From an uncultured Oscillospiraceae bacterium (GTDB lineage Bacteria > Bacillota > Clostridia > Christensenellales > CAG-138), in assembly GCA_964474405.1 (NCBI GenBank), contig CAYYUV010000002.1, positions 19,349 through 83,348 of the forward strand: a stretch of 64,000 nucleotides of DNA, read 5' to 3'. Of this stretch, positions 8,851 to 19,129 are shown piece by piece. Under the pieces are notes generated by a model. The model did no database searches and was not told the origin of the DNA. It saw only the letters and a list, made by a program, of their open reading frames with translations. How positions within the stretch are numbered: position 1 is the stretch's first letter; every line of letters begins with the position of its first letter. Position numbers and translations under genes: made by a program.

Positions 8851-9561
8851 ATGCGCATGGAATTGTTTGGTCTGTATTTGAATTATAACGATTGGCTGCT
8901 GATCCTGGGCGTTGTGCTGCTGCTGGCGTTTGTGGCGCAGGGGCGCGTGCAGCGTGTGTTTGCGCGCTATGCGCGGGAGCAGGCGGCCGGCGGCATCCCC
9001 GCCTCACGCATGGCGGAGGAGCTGCTTGCAAGAAACGGCAGCGACGTCGCGGTTACCCGCGTGGGCGGGCGGCTGACGGATCATTTTGACCCGCGCCGCA
9101 ACACCGTCGGTCTCAGCGAGCTGGTGTACGATGAGACGTCGGTTTCCGCGCTCGCCGTCGCCGCGCATGAGATCGGGCATGTTTTGCAGTATCAGGAGGG
9201 GTACGGCCCCATCCGCTTCCGCAACACGCTGCTGCCCGTGGCCTCCATCGGCTCCCGTGCGGGACCGTGGATCATCATCATCGGCGCCATGATCGGAAAC
9301 ACCACCGTGGCGATGGTGGGGCTGGTGCTGTACGCGGCGATGTTCGTGTTTCAGCTTGTGACGCTGCCGGTCGAGTTTAACGCCTCCGCTCGCGGGCTTG
9401 CCATGCTTGAGGAGGGCGGCTATGTCAGCGCCGAACAGCGGCCGATGGCCAAAAAGGTGCTTGGCGCCGCAGCCACGACCTATGTGATGGCCGCCATCGG
9501 CAGCTTTGTGAGCCTGCTTCGGTTTCTTGCGATCATCAACAGCCGCTCAAGACGGAGCTGA
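8851..9561 (+). CDS. YugP-like membrane zinc metallopeptidase
   Basis: HExxH as AAHEIGHVLQ, plus N- and C-terminal TM helices; length is typical of the Zn-peptidase YugP family. Confidence 0.8.
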   Translation: MRMELFGLYLNYNDWLLILGVVLLLAFVAQGRVQRVFARYAREQAAGGIPASRMAEELLARNGSDVAVTRVGGRLTDHFDPRRNTVGLSELVYDETSVSALAVAAHEIGHVLQYQEGYGPIRFRNTLLPVASIGSRAGPWIIIIGAMIGNTTVAMVGLVLYAAMFVFQLVTLPVEFNASARGLAMLEEGGYVSAEQRPMAKKVLGAAATTYVMAAIGSFVSLLRFLAIINSRSRRS

Positions 9562-9586
9562 CGCGCCCCGCTTCGCGGCGTCGGCC

Positions 9587-9655
9587 ATCGCGTAATCAAA
9601 AGGCATCGCGCAATCAACCCGGCCTATCGCAATCAACCCGCCACAGCGCAATCAA
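9587..9655. repeat. Four tandem ~19-bp degenerate repeats, core (AT)CGCGCAATCAA(CCC)
   Basis: Cores at 9587-9599, 9605-9617, 9626-9636 and 9645-9655 (periods 18/19/19), in the gap between convergent genes. Confidence 0.8.
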
Positions 9656-9697
9656 ACAGAAGCCTGCATGCGTCCCTGCTTGGGGGCGCATGATTTT

Positions 9698-10375
9698 CTA
9701 TAAAGGAAGCTTTGCCGGGGTGCCGGCCTTGCGAGGATAGCGCGCCGGGGTGGGCGCGGTCTTTTTGGCAAGGATCAGCGTGCGCGCGCCCGCCGCGGAG
9801 GGCACGGGAACGGGGCAAAGCGTGCAGCGAAGCTCCGTCTCCGCATGTGCGGATGCGCGCAGCTCCTCTGTGCAGTCGCCCTTATACAGGATCGCGGTGC
9901 CGCCCGTTTTGAGCAGCGGCACGGTGTATTCCAAAAGCACCGGCAGCGGCGCGACCGCGCGCGCCACGGCAAAATCAAACGTTCCGCGGTATGCCTTGTC
10001 GCGGCCGGCGTCCTCCGCCCGCAGATGCGCGGTTCGGGCGGAAAGGTCCAGCGCGTTCAGCACGCTTTGGACAAAGTTCAGCCTTTTTTGCAGCGCGTCC
10101 AGCAGCGTCATTTGCAGCGACGGCCGCATGATCAGAAGCGGGACGGCGGGAAACCCCGCGCCTGTTCCGACGTCGATGACGCTTGCTCCCTCCGGCAGAT
10201 ACCCAAGCGCGGAGATCGAATCCGCAAAATGCTTGACAGCCACGTCCTCGGGCGCGGTGATGGCGGTGAGGTTCATGACCGCGTTGGCTTCGATCAGCAT
10301 GCGGTAATAGAGGTCAAACGCTTCATACTGCGCTTGCGTCAGGTTCGGCAGGTGCGCCTTCCAAAGATGCATCAT
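9698..10375 (-). CDS. rsmG: 16S rRNA (guanine527-N7)-methyltransferase
   Basis: GidB family: LYYRMLIEANAVMNLTAI, SAM motif VIDVGTGAGFPAVPL. 4-nt overlap with mnmG. Confidence 0.9.
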   Translation of the reverse strand: MMHLWKAHLPNLTQAQYEAFDLYYRMLIEANAVMNLTAITAPEDVAVKHFADSISALGYLPEGASVIDVGTGAGFPAVPLLIMRPSLQMTLLDALQKRLNFVQSVLNALDLSARTAHLRAEDAGRDKAYRGTFDFAVARAVAPLPVLLEYTVPLLKTGGTAILYKGDCTEELRASAHAETELRCTLCPVPVPSAAGARTLILAKKTAPTPARYPRKAGTPAKLPL

Positions 10376-12240
10376 ACGGAAAACCCCCGTTTCTGGTAGA
10401 TCATCAGCACGGAAATGTCGGCGGGCGAAACGCCCGAGATCCGCGACGCCTGGCCGATGCTGGACGGACGCACGGCGTCAAGCTTCTGCCGCGCCTCGAT
10501 CCGAAGCCCGGAAAGCGTGCCGTAATCCAGATCCTGGGGCAGCGGCACATCCTCAAGCGCGTGCATGCGCGCCACCTCCTGTTTTTGCTTTTCAATGTAG
10601 CCGTCGTAGCGGGCAAGGATATCCACCTGCTCCTCCACCTCGGACGGCAGCGGCTCCAAAAGCTCCGAAAACAGCGACAAAAGCCCCGTATAGGTGACGC
10701 GCGGGCGCTTGAGCAGCTCGTCAAGACGCACGCCGGGATGCGGCGCGGGCTCGCCCAGCGCGGCAAGATAGTCCCGCAGCGCTTCCGTCACCGGCGCAGC
10801 CTGCGCAAGCTTAGCGCGCGCGCGGGCGACGCCCTCCTGCTTTTTGACCAAGCGCGCATACCGCTCGTCCGAAACAAGGCCGGTGCGCCGCGCGAGCTCG
10901 GTCAGCCTTAGGTCTGCGTTGTCCTGCCGCAGCAGCAGCCGGTATTCGCAGCGGGAGGTCATCATGCGGTACGGCTCACGCGTGCCCTTGGTCACCAGAT
11001 CGTCCGCCAGCACGCCGAGATAGCCGTCGGCGCGGGTGAGCAAAAAGGGCGGCTCATCTTTCAGATACAGCGCCGCGTTGACGCCCGCATACAGCCCCTG
11101 CGCCGCGGCCTCCTCATAGCCGGAGCTGCCGTTGAGCTGCCCACAGGTAAACAGTCCGTCGCAGCAGCGCGCCATAAACGCATTGTTCAGCGCGGTCGGG
11201 TCAAGACAGTCATATTCGATGGCATAGCCAAGGCGCGTGACCTCGCAGTGCCGCAGCCCGCGCAGCGTGCGCAGCATGTCGATCTGCACGTCGCCGGGGA
11301 GCGAGGTGCTCATGCCCTGCACATACATCTCGTCGGTAAAGCGCCCCTCCGGCTCGATAAAGATCTGATGCCGCTCCTTGTCGGAAAAGCGCACGATCTT
11401 ATCCTCGATCGACGGACAGTAGCGCGTGCCGGTCGCGTGGATGCGGCCGCCGTACATCGGCGAACGGGAAAGGTTGCCCAAGATGATGCGGTGGGTGTCG
11501 GCGTTTGTATAGGTCAGATAGCACGGCTCGTCCGGTACGGACAGCGCGCCGTGCAGGAAGGAAAAAGCGGGGGCGGGCACATCGCCGTGCTGCGTCTCCA
11601 TCTCGGAAAAATCCAGCGAGCCGCGCCGGACGCGGGCGGGTGTGCCCGTCTTGAACCGCTGCAAAGGCAGTCCCAGCGCGGAGAGCGCGGCGGACAGCGT
11701 TTCCGCGCGCGCAAGGCCGGAGGGGCCGCATTCCTTCTCCCATTCGCCGATTAAAATCCGGCTTTTGAGGTATACGCCGGCGGCGATCACCACCGCGCGG
11801 CAGGTGATGGAAAAGCCCTCGGCCGTCCTTACGCCCGTGACCCGGCCGTGACCGGTCTCAATCCTTGTGACCTCGCCCTGCATCAGAAAAAGATGCTCCT
11901 GCCGCGTGACGGCCTTGAGCATCCGCTCGTGATAGCGGCGCTTGTCCATTTGCGCCCGGAGGGAATGCACCGCGGGTCCTTTGCCGGTATTGAGCATACG
12001 CATCTGGATCAGCGTATCGTCCGCGGCAAGCCCCATTTCGCCGCCCATGGCGTCCAGCTCGCGCACCAGATGTCCCTTGCCGGTGCCGCCGATGGCGGGG
12101 TTGCAGGGCATCATGCCCACGCTGTCAACGGACAGCGTGATAAGAAGCGTGCGCTGACCCATGCGCGCAAGCGCCAGCGCGGCCTCCGCGCCCGCGTGAC
12201 CCGCGCCGACGACGACGGCGTCAAAGACGGGCTGCTGCAT
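10372..12240 (-). CDS. mnmG: tRNA uridine-5-carboxymethylaminomethyl synthesis enzyme MnmG (GidA)
   Basis: 622 aa. FAD motif [13 protein letters not shown], and [22 protein letters not shown]-like signature. Confidence 0.95.
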   Translation of the reverse strand: [622 protein letters not shown]

Positions 12241-12319
12241 GTAATTGCGCCTCCTTGGTCAAGATGCATCCGTTTTGTGACGGAAAGGTAAACAGTATTG
12301 GTATCATACCATGACGCGC

Positions 12320-12348
12320 TTGCTTTGTACAGAAAAAGCCGCTACAAT
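12320..12348 (+). promoter_or_regulatory. Candidate promoter of the glycan cluster
   Basis: TTGCTT (12320-12325), 17-nt spacer, TACAAT (12343-12348), ~58 nt upstream of the permease start. Confidence 0.45.
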
Positions 12349-12405
12349 CACAATTAGGAAAGGAAGACCGTCCAGCCCGAACGGGTGTGGCACGGCCGAT
12401 GCGTT

Positions 12406-13194
12406 ATGTCTTCAGTTACGCCATATCTAAAGAATTTTTATCGATATCGCGGGCTTCTTAGCGAGCTGGTCAAGCGCGATATCAAGCTCAAATACCGCCG
12501 CAGCATTCTCGGATATCTGTGGAGCGTGTTGAACCCGTTGCTGATCATGCTTGTGATGGTGGTGGTGTTCAGTACGTTCTTTCGGTTCGACATCGAGAAT
12601 TTTCCGGTTTACCTGCTGACGGGGCAGACGCTGTTCGGCTTCTTTACGGAATCGACAAGCATGGCCATCGCCTCGATCATCGGCAGCGCGGCGCTCATCA
12701 AAAAAACGTATGTGCCGAAGTATATCTTTACCGTCTCACGCGTGACCAGCTCGCTGGTGACGCTGATCTTTTCGATGACGGCGCTGGCGCTCGTGATGAT
12801 CATCACGCGCGTGCAGATCACGTTTTATGCGCTGCTTGCGCCGCTGGTGCTGTTGCAGCTGTATGTGTTCTGCCTCGGCATGGGCATGTTCCTGGCGGCC
12901 GCGTCCGTGTTCTTCCGCGATATCCAATATCTGTGGGGCGTTGCTACGACCGCCTGGATGTATCTGACGCCGCTGTTCTATCCGGAGAGCATCTGGCCGG
13001 AGGCGGTTGCGCCGTGGCTGCGCGCGCTGAACCCGATGTATCATTACATCGCTCAGTTTCGCCAAGCCGTCCTGTGGGGCGAGCCGCTTGCCGCGGGCAA
13101 TGTGGCGTTCGGATGCCTGTACGCGGTGCTTGCGCTCGCGATAGGAATCGCCGTGTTCCGGCGCGGGCAGGATCGCTTTATCCTGTACATATAG
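12406..13194 (+). CDS. ABC-2 type polysaccharide/teichoic-acid export permease (Wzm/TagG-like)
   Basis: Start MSSVTPYLKNFYRYRGLL. YRRSILGYLWSVLNPLL signature and six predicted TM helices. Confidence 0.85.
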   Translation: MSSVTPYLKNFYRYRGLLSELVKRDIKLKYRRSILGYLWSVLNPLLIMLVMVVVFSTFFRFDIENFPVYLLTGQTLFGFFTESTSMAIASIIGSAALIKKTYVPKYIFTVSRVTSSLVTLIFSMTALALVMIITRVQITFYALLAPLVLLQLYVFCLGMGMFLAAASVFFRDIQYLWGVATTAWMYLTPLFYPESIWPEAVAPWLRALNPMYHYIAQFRQAVLWGEPLAAGNVAFGCLYAVLALAIGIAVFRRGQDRFILYI

Positions 13195-13203
13195 GGGGCC
13201 GGA

Positions 13204-13953
13204 ATGGATTCGGATATTGCAGTCAAGGTAGATCATGCGACGGTTCGCTTCAACATGTCCAAGGAGCGGATCTCCAGCCTGAAGGAATATATCATCAAGG
13301 CGGCCAAGCACGAGCTGATGTTTCAGGAGCTGCTGGCGCTGTCGGACGTTTCTCTGACGGTGAAAAAGGGCGAGGCGTGGGGGCTGGTCGGCGTCAACGG
13401 CAGCGGCAAATCAACCCTGCTCAAGCTGATCTGCGGCATTTTGCGTCCGTATCGCGGCAGCGTGCAGACCAACGGCTCCATCTCGCCGCTGATCGAGCTT
13501 GGCGCGGGCTTTGACGGGGAGATGACCGCCCGCGAGAACGTGTTTCTAAACGGTGCGGTGCTTGGGCATTCCAAGCAGTTTATGCAGAAGCATTTTGATG
13601 AGATCATCGATTTTGCGGAGCTGTGGGATTTTCTGGATATGCCGATCAAGAACTATTCCTCCGGCATGGCGGCGCGCCTCGGGTTTTCCGTCGCAACCGT
13701 CGTCAAGCCCGATATCCTGATCGTAGACGAGATCCTGGCCGTCGGCGACTATGCGTTTCAGCAGAAATGCAAAGGCCGTATGCAGCAGATGCTGGATGAC
13801 GGTGCAACGCTTTTGTTCGTGTCGCATGAGCCCGATTTGGTACAGAAGCTGTGCAAGAAGGCGCTGTGGCTGGACAAGGGGCGCGAGGTCATGCAGGGGG
13901 ATGCGGCCCCCGTATGCGACGCCTATCTAAAAAAGATTATGGAGCAGGCCTGA
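13204..13953 (+). CDS. ABC polysaccharide/teichoic-acid export ATP-binding protein (Wzt/TagH-like)
   Basis: Walker A GVNGSGKST, signature YSSGMAARL, Walker B ILIVDE. Confidence 0.9.
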   Translation: MDSDIAVKVDHATVRFNMSKERISSLKEYIIKAAKHELMFQELLALSDVSLTVKKGEAWGLVGVNGSGKSTLLKLICGILRPYRGSVQTNGSISPLIELGAGFDGEMTARENVFLNGAVLGHSKQFMQKHFDEIIDFAELWDFLDMPIKNYSSGMAARLGFSVATVVKPDILIVDEILAVGDYAFQQKCKGRMQQMLDDGATLLFVSHEPDLVQKLCKKALWLDKGREVMQGDAAPVCDAYLKKIMEQA

Positions 13954-14783
13954 TGCTGTCGGTTGTGATTGTCAATCACGGCACGCCGGACCGCGTGCGG
14001 CGCACGGTACAGGATGTGCGCGACAACTGCCGCAACTATCCTGTGCAGGTGATCGTTGCGGACAATTCCGACACGCCCACGGCGATACCCGCCGCGGATA
14101 CGCAGCTTTATATGGAAAACCGCGGCTTTGGCGCGGCCTGCAACGTGGGCGCGGCGGCGGTGGAGGGGGAATATCTGCTTTTGATGAACGCGGATGTGCA
14201 GCTGCCGCTGGGCGTGCTGGACGCGTGCATGGACTATATCACCGCGCACGCGGACGCGGGCATTCTGGGCATCCGCGCGTTTCGGCCGGACGGCACGTTT
14301 GACGCGGGCTGCCTGCGCGGGTTTCCGACGCCGTGGTCGGCGCTGTGTTATTTTTTGCATCTGGATCGGCTGTTCCCGCGCTCACGGATCTTTGGCGGGT
14401 ATCACCAGACCTTTCTGGATTCCACACTGACGCAGCCGGTGCCTTGCGTGTCCGGCGCGTTTATGCTGATGCGCACCGCGCTTTACCGCGCGCTCGGCGG
14501 GATGGACGAGGATTTCTTTCTGCACGGGGAGGACATTGACCTGTGCTATCGCGCGTCTGAGGCGGGCGCGCGCACGGTGTATTTTGCCGACAGGCATATC
14601 ATTCATGAGAAGGGCGGAAGCCTGACGGCGCAAAACCGCCGCCGGGTCAGGTGTGCGATGGCCGAATCCATGGCGCTGTATTATCAAAAGCATGACCGGA
14701 CGCGGTATCCGTTCTTTGTCCGTTGGGCGGTGCTATGCACGGTTCGGCTGATGAAGGCGGTGGCCGGGCGAGGCGCGGCATGA
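13953..14783 (+). CDS. Glycosyltransferase family 2
   Basis: Start MLSVVIVNHG overlaps the upstream stop (TGATG). ADNSD and NADVQL motifs. Confidence 0.8.
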   Translation: MLSVVIVNHGTPDRVRRTVQDVRDNCRNYPVQVIVADNSDTPTAIPAADTQLYMENRGFGAACNVGAAAVEGEYLLLMNADVQLPLGVLDACMDYITAHADAGILGIRAFRPDGTFDAGCLRGFPTPWSALCYFLHLDRLFPRSRIFGGYHQTFLDSTLTQPVPCVSGAFMLMRTALYRALGGMDEDFFLHGEDIDLCYRASEAGARTVYFADRHIIHEKGGSLTAQNRRRVRCAMAESMALYYQKHDRTRYPFFVRWAVLCTVRLMKAVAGRGAA

Positions 14784-15703
14784 TCGACATTTTGCTGGCA
14801 ACCCACGAGGGCGAACGGTATCTGGACGAGCAGGTGCAGTCCATCCTGGCGCAGGAGAACGCCGATCTGCGGATTCTGGCGCGGGACGACGGCTCGGCCG
14901 ACGGCACCTATTTCCTTCTGCACGCCTATGAGACGACGCAGCCGGGCAGGTTCTCCGTCGTCGAGGGGCCGCCCGCGGGCGGCGCGGCGGAAAACTTCTT
15001 CCTGCTGCTCGAAAAGAGTGAGGCGCCGTATGTGATGCTGTGCGATCAGGACGACGTGTGGTATCCCTACAAGACCGAAAAGACGCTGGCCGTGATGCAG
15101 CAGCTTGAGCGGGAGCACGGCCGTGACTGCCCGATTCTTGTGCATTCCGACCTTGCCGTGCTGGCGGACGGGCAGATCGTGTCCGGCTCGCTGATGCATT
15201 ATCAGATGCTGGACCCCGCGCGGACGGCGCTGAGGCAGCTCGTCTGTCAGAACGTGGTGACGGGCTGCACGGTGATGGCAAACCGCGCGCTTGTTGAGCT
15301 TGTGCTGTCCCGGCCGCATGCGGGCGCCCTGATGCATGACTGGTGGCTGGCGCTTGCCGCGTCGGTGTTCGGCGAGATCGGCTATGTGCCGGAGCCAACC
15401 ATGCTCTACCGGCAGCACGGGGACAACCGTGTCGGCGCGAAGAACGCGCGCAGCGCGGCGTACCTTTGGCGGCGCGCCCGCGACGGCGAAACTAGCAGGG
15501 GCGGCTTGCTCGACACCTGCCGGCAGGCGGCGGGATTTCTGGAGGCCTTTGGCGATCTGATGGAGGAGGATGAACGGGCGCTGCTTTCGGGCTATGCCCG
15601 CATCCCCGATGAGAAAAAGCCCGCGCGCATCCGCGCGCTGTTTCGGCTCGGCACCTGGAAATACGGTTTTTTGCGAAAACTGGGACAAATACGGTATGTT
15701 TAG
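14780..15703 (+). CDS. Glycosyltransferase family 2 (rhamnosyltransferase-like)
   Basis: Start MIDILLATHEGERYL overlaps the upstream stop (ATGA). RDDGSADGT and CDQDDVW motifs. Confidence 0.8.
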   Translation: MIDILLATHEGERYLDEQVQSILAQENADLRILARDDGSADGTYFLLHAYETTQPGRFSVVEGPPAGGAAENFFLLLEKSEAPYVMLCDQDDVWYPYKTEKTLAVMQQLEREHGRDCPILVHSDLAVLADGQIVSGSLMHYQMLDPARTALRQLVCQNVVTGCTVMANRALVELVLSRPHAGALMHDWWLALAASVFGEIGYVPEPTMLYRQHGDNRVGAKNARSAAYLWRRARDGETSRGGLLDTCRQAAGFLEAFGDLMEEDERALLSGYARIPDEKKPARIRALFRLGTWKYGFLRKLGQIRYV

Positions 15704-15718
15704 GAGGATCTGACAAAG

Positions 15719-16606
15719 ATGAAGGGCATCATTCTTGCCGGCGGCGCCGGTACCCGGCTGTATCCGTTGACCATGATCACCTCAAAACAGCTTCTTCCCG
15801 TCTATGACAAGCCTATGATCTACTATCCGCTCAGCACGCTGATGCTGGCGGGCATCCGCGACATTCTGATCATCTCGACCCCCCACGACCTGGGAAATTT
15901 TCAGCGGCTGCTGGGCGACGGAAGCGCGTTTGGCATCCGCCTTTGCTATCGGGAGCAGCCGTCGCCCGACGGACTTGCGCAGGCGTTTCTGATCGGGGAG
16001 GAGTTTTTGGACGGCGACAGCTGCGCGATGATCCTCGGCGACAACCTTTTTTACGGCAGCGGCCTTGGAAAGCTGCTAAGAAGCGCCGCGTCGGCAGCGG
16101 AAAGCGGTCTTGCCACGGTGTTCGGCTACTATGTGCGCGACCCGCAGCGCTTCGGCATCATGGAGCTGGATGCGGACGGGCGCGTGCTGTCGGTCGAGGA
16201 AAAGCCCGTGCAGCCCAAATCGAATTACTGCGTGACGGGGCTGTATTTTTATGACAACCGCGTGGTGGAGCTTGCCAAAAGGGTGCGGCCGTCCGCGCGC
16301 GGCGAGCTTGAGATCACGTCGCTCAACAACCTGTATCTGGAGCGCGGCGCGCTGCGGGCGGAGCTGCTTGGGCGCGGCTATGCCTGGCTCGATACGGGCA
16401 CGTTCTCGTCGCTGCTGGAGGCGGCGGAGTTTGTACAGATTCTGGAGGAGCGGCAGGACATCACCATTTCCGCGCCGGAGGAGATCGGCTATCGCAACGG
16501 CTGGATCAATACCGCCGCGCTGCTGGATGCGGCAAAGCGCTATGGCGCGTCGCCCTACGGCGCGCATTTGAAGCGCGTGGCGGAAGGGCGGCTGCGTTAT
16601 GAATGA
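15719..16606 (+). CDS. rfbA: Glucose-1-phosphate thymidylyltransferase
   Basis: [18 protein letters not shown]...[17 protein letters not shown], canonical RmlA. Confidence 0.95.
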   Translation: MKGIILAGGAGTRLYPLTMITSKQLLPVYDKPMIYYPLSTLMLAGIRDILIISTPHDLGNFQRLLGDGSAFGIRLCYREQPSPDGLAQAFLIGEEFLDGDSCAMILGDNLFYGSGLGKLLRSAASAAESGLATVFGYYVRDPQRFGIMELDADGRVLSVEEKPVQPKSNYCVTGLYFYDNRVVELAKRVRPSARGELEITSLNNLYLERGALRAELLGRGYAWLDTGTFSSLLEAAEFVQILEERQDITISAPEEIGYRNGWINTAALLDAAKRYGASPYGAHLKRVAEGRLRYE

Positions 16607-17564
16607 GCCCGTTGTGATCATCGGCGCAAACGGCCAGCTCGGCAGCGAGCTTGCACGCTGTCTTGCGCGCGGGCGGACGGAGCTTGGGCCCGTGCCGGAG
16701 GCGCTTGCGGGCGCGCGCACGGTCTGCGTGGATGTTGATGAACTGGATATCACGGACGAAGGCGCCGTGCGGGCCTTCTTTGACCGGGTGCGGCCGGCTG
16801 TCGTGATCAACGCGGCGGCGTTTACCAATGTGGATGCCTGTGAACAGCAGGAATCGCTGGCATATCGCGTCAACGCGCTGGGACCAAAGTATCTGGCCGA
16901 GAGCGCCGCGCGCGTGCAGGCGTATTTTTTGCATATATCCACAGACTATGTGTTTGCCGGCGACGGCGATCAGCCCTATCGCGAGGACGCTCCGCCGGCG
17001 CCCGCTTCGGCCTACGGCAGAACCAAATGGCAGGGCGAGCGGTTCATCGCCTGTGCCTGCCCCTCCGCCGCGATTGTGCGGACGGCGTGGCTGTACGGCT
17101 ATCGCGGCAAAAATTTTGTGCGCGCGATCCAAAAGCGCGCGCGTGAGACCGGCCGGGTCACGGTCGTGAGCGATCAGGTTGGAAACCCGACCAACGCGGC
17201 GGATCTTGCGCATCATGTGCTGCTGCTTTGCGCGGCGCGTGCGGCGGGGGTTTATCATTGCACGGGCACGGGGATATGCAGTTGGTATGATTTTGCGCGG
17301 GAGATCGTGCAAGGTTCCGGCATCGACGCCGAGGTCGTGCCCTGCACAAGCGCCGAGTATCCGTCGCCCACGCAGCGTCCCGCTTATTCCGCGCTGGATC
17401 ACAGCCGCCTTGCCGAGGCGGTCGGCGACGCCATGCGCCCCTGGCGGGAGGCGCTCGCCTCATTTTTGGCGCATCAGACGGAGATAGAACGGCAGCTGGA
17501 CGCCTGTGCCGGCTTGGTGGGCGCGGAGAATAATCTAAAGATCGGGGAGGGTGCATCGGTATGA
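16599..17564 (+). CDS. rfbD: dTDP-4-dehydrorhamnose reductase (with ~35-aa C-terminal extension)
   Basis: IGANGQLG Rossmann motif, STDYVF, and the YGRTK catalytic motif. Overlaps both neighbours. Confidence 0.9.
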   Translation: MNEPVVIIGANGQLGSELARCLARGRTELGPVPEALAGARTVCVDVDELDITDEGAVRAFFDRVRPAVVINAAAFTNVDACEQQESLAYRVNALGPKYLAESAARVQAYFLHISTDYVFAGDGDQPYREDAPPAPASAYGRTKWQGERFIACACPSAAIVRTAWLYGYRGKNFVRAIQKRARETGRVTVVSDQVGNPTNAADLAHHVLLLCAARAAGVYHCTGTGICSWYDFAREIVQGSGIDAEVVPCTSAEYPSPTQRPAYSALDHSRLAEAVGDAMRPWREALASFLAHQTEIERQLDACAGLVGAENNLKIGEGASV

Positions 17565-18586
17565 AGGGGACGGTTCTTGTCACAGGCGGCGCCGGGTTTA
17601 TCGGCAGCAACTTCATTTTTTATTTGCTAAGGCGCGACCCGGATGTCAGCATTGTCTGTCTGGACGCGCTGACGTACGCGGGCAATCTAAGCACCCTCAG
17701 CACCGTGATGGACGATCCGCGGTTCCGGTTTGTGCGCGGATCGATCACCGACCGCGCGGCGGTTGACGCGCTGTTTGCTGAGGAACGGCCGCAGTATGTG
17801 GTAAATTTTGCAGCCGAAAGCCATGTGGATCGCTCCATATTGGACCCCGGCGTTTTTCTGGAGACGAACGTGCTGGGCACGCAGGTGCTGCTGGATGCAT
17901 CGAGAAAGTACGGCGTTGCAAGGTATCATCAGGTCTCGACCGACGAGGTCTACGGCGATCTGCCGCTCGACCGGCCGGAGCTTTTATTTACCGAAGCCAC
18001 GCCGCTGCATACCTCAAGCCCGTATTCGGCGTCAAAGGCAGGGGCGGATCTGCTGGTGCAGGCGTATTTTCGTACCTACGGCCTGCCCGCCACGATCTCG
18101 CGCTGCTCAAACAACTACGGCCCGTACCATTTTCCCGAAAAACTGATTCCGCTGATGATCATCAACGCGCTGGGCGACCGGCCGCTGCCGGTGTACGGCA
18201 CGGGTCAGAACGTGCGCGACTGGCTGTATGTGGAGGATCATTGCGACGCCATCTGCCGCATTCTCGAACGGGGCGTGCCGGGCGAAACCTACAACGTCGG
18301 CGGACACAACGAGCGCACCAATTTGGAGATTGTCCGCGCGATCCTTGATAAACTCGGCAAGAGCGAGGATCTGATCACCTATGTGACTGACCGCAAGGGG
18401 CATGACCTCCGGTATGCCATCGATCCGTCGAAGATCACCGCCGCGCTCGGCTGGAAGCCCGAGACCGCGTTTTCCGACGGGCTGGACAAAACGATTGACT
18501 GGTATCTGACCCATCGCGACTGGTGGGGACAGATCGTGTCCGGCGCGTACCGTGATTACTACGAAAGGATGTACAAGGATCGCTAG
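17561..18586 (+). CDS. rfbB: dTDP-glucose 4,6-dehydratase
   Basis: VTGGAGFIGSNF, STDEVYG, YSASKA; 341 aa. Confidence 0.95.
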   Translation: MKGTVLVTGGAGFIGSNFIFYLLRRDPDVSIVCLDALTYAGNLSTLSTVMDDPRFRFVRGSITDRAAVDALFAEERPQYVVNFAAESHVDRSILDPGVFLETNVLGTQVLLDASRKYGVARYHQVSTDEVYGDLPLDRPELLFTEATPLHTSSPYSASKAGADLLVQAYFRTYGLPATISRCSNNYGPYHFPEKLIPLMIINALGDRPLPVYGTGQNVRDWLYVEDHCDAICRILERGVPGETYNVGGHNERTNLEIVRAILDKLGKSEDLITYVTDRKGHDLRYAIDPSKITAALGWKPETAFSDGLDKTIDWYLTHRDWWGQIVSGAYRDYYERMYKDR

Positions 18587-19129
18587 ATGGACAAGTTTCG
18601 CTTTCTGGACACCCCGATCGACGGGGTAAAGGTCATTGAACCGCAGGTGTATCAAGACGCGCGCGGCTATTTTTCTGAATGCTACAACGAGGCGCATTTC
18701 CGCGACGCCGGTATCGATTTTTGCTGCAAACAGCAGAACGAATCGGCCTCGGTGCGCGGCGTGCTGCGCGGGCTGCATTTTCAGGTACATTTTCCTCAGG
18801 CCAAGCTGGTGCGGGCGCTGATGGGCGAGGTGTTTGACGTGGCGGTGGATATCCGCCGCGGCTCAGAGACCTTCGGCCGCTGGTTCGGCGTGCGGCTTTC
18901 GGCGGACAACCGCCGGATGCTGTATCTGCCGCGCGGCATGGCGCACGGGTTTCTGGTCATGAGCGAAAAGGCCGTGTTCTCCTACCTTTGCGACGAGTTC
19001 TACCATCCGGAGGATGAGGGCGGCATCCGCTATGACGACCCCGCCATCGGCATCGAATGGCCGGAGCTCGGCATGGATTATATCCTAAGCAAGAAGGACT
19101 TGGCGCGCGGCGGGCTGGAGCTTTTATGA
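18587..19129 (+). CDS. rfbC: dTDP-4-dehydrorhamnose 3,5-epimerase
   Basis: RGYFSECY, RGLHFQ and KLVRALMGEVFDVAVDIRRGS, canonical RmlC. Confidence 0.95.
   Translation: MDKFRFLDTPIDGVKVIEPQVYQDARGYFSECYNEAHFRDAGIDFCCKQQNESASVRGVLRGLHFQVHFPQAKLVRALMGEVFDVAVDIRRGSETFGRWFGVRLSADNRRMLYLPRGMAHGFLVMSEKAVFSYLCDEFYHPEDEGGIRYDDPAIGIEWPELGMDYILSKKDLARGGLELL

Noticed and set aside
9562-12405. Replication origin, parS or DnaA-box signatures around mnmG-rsmG
   Set aside because: By eye I found no TTATCCACA-type boxes or TGTTNCACGTGAAACA parS sites in the flanking gaps, and no dnaA, parAB or noc genes in the window.
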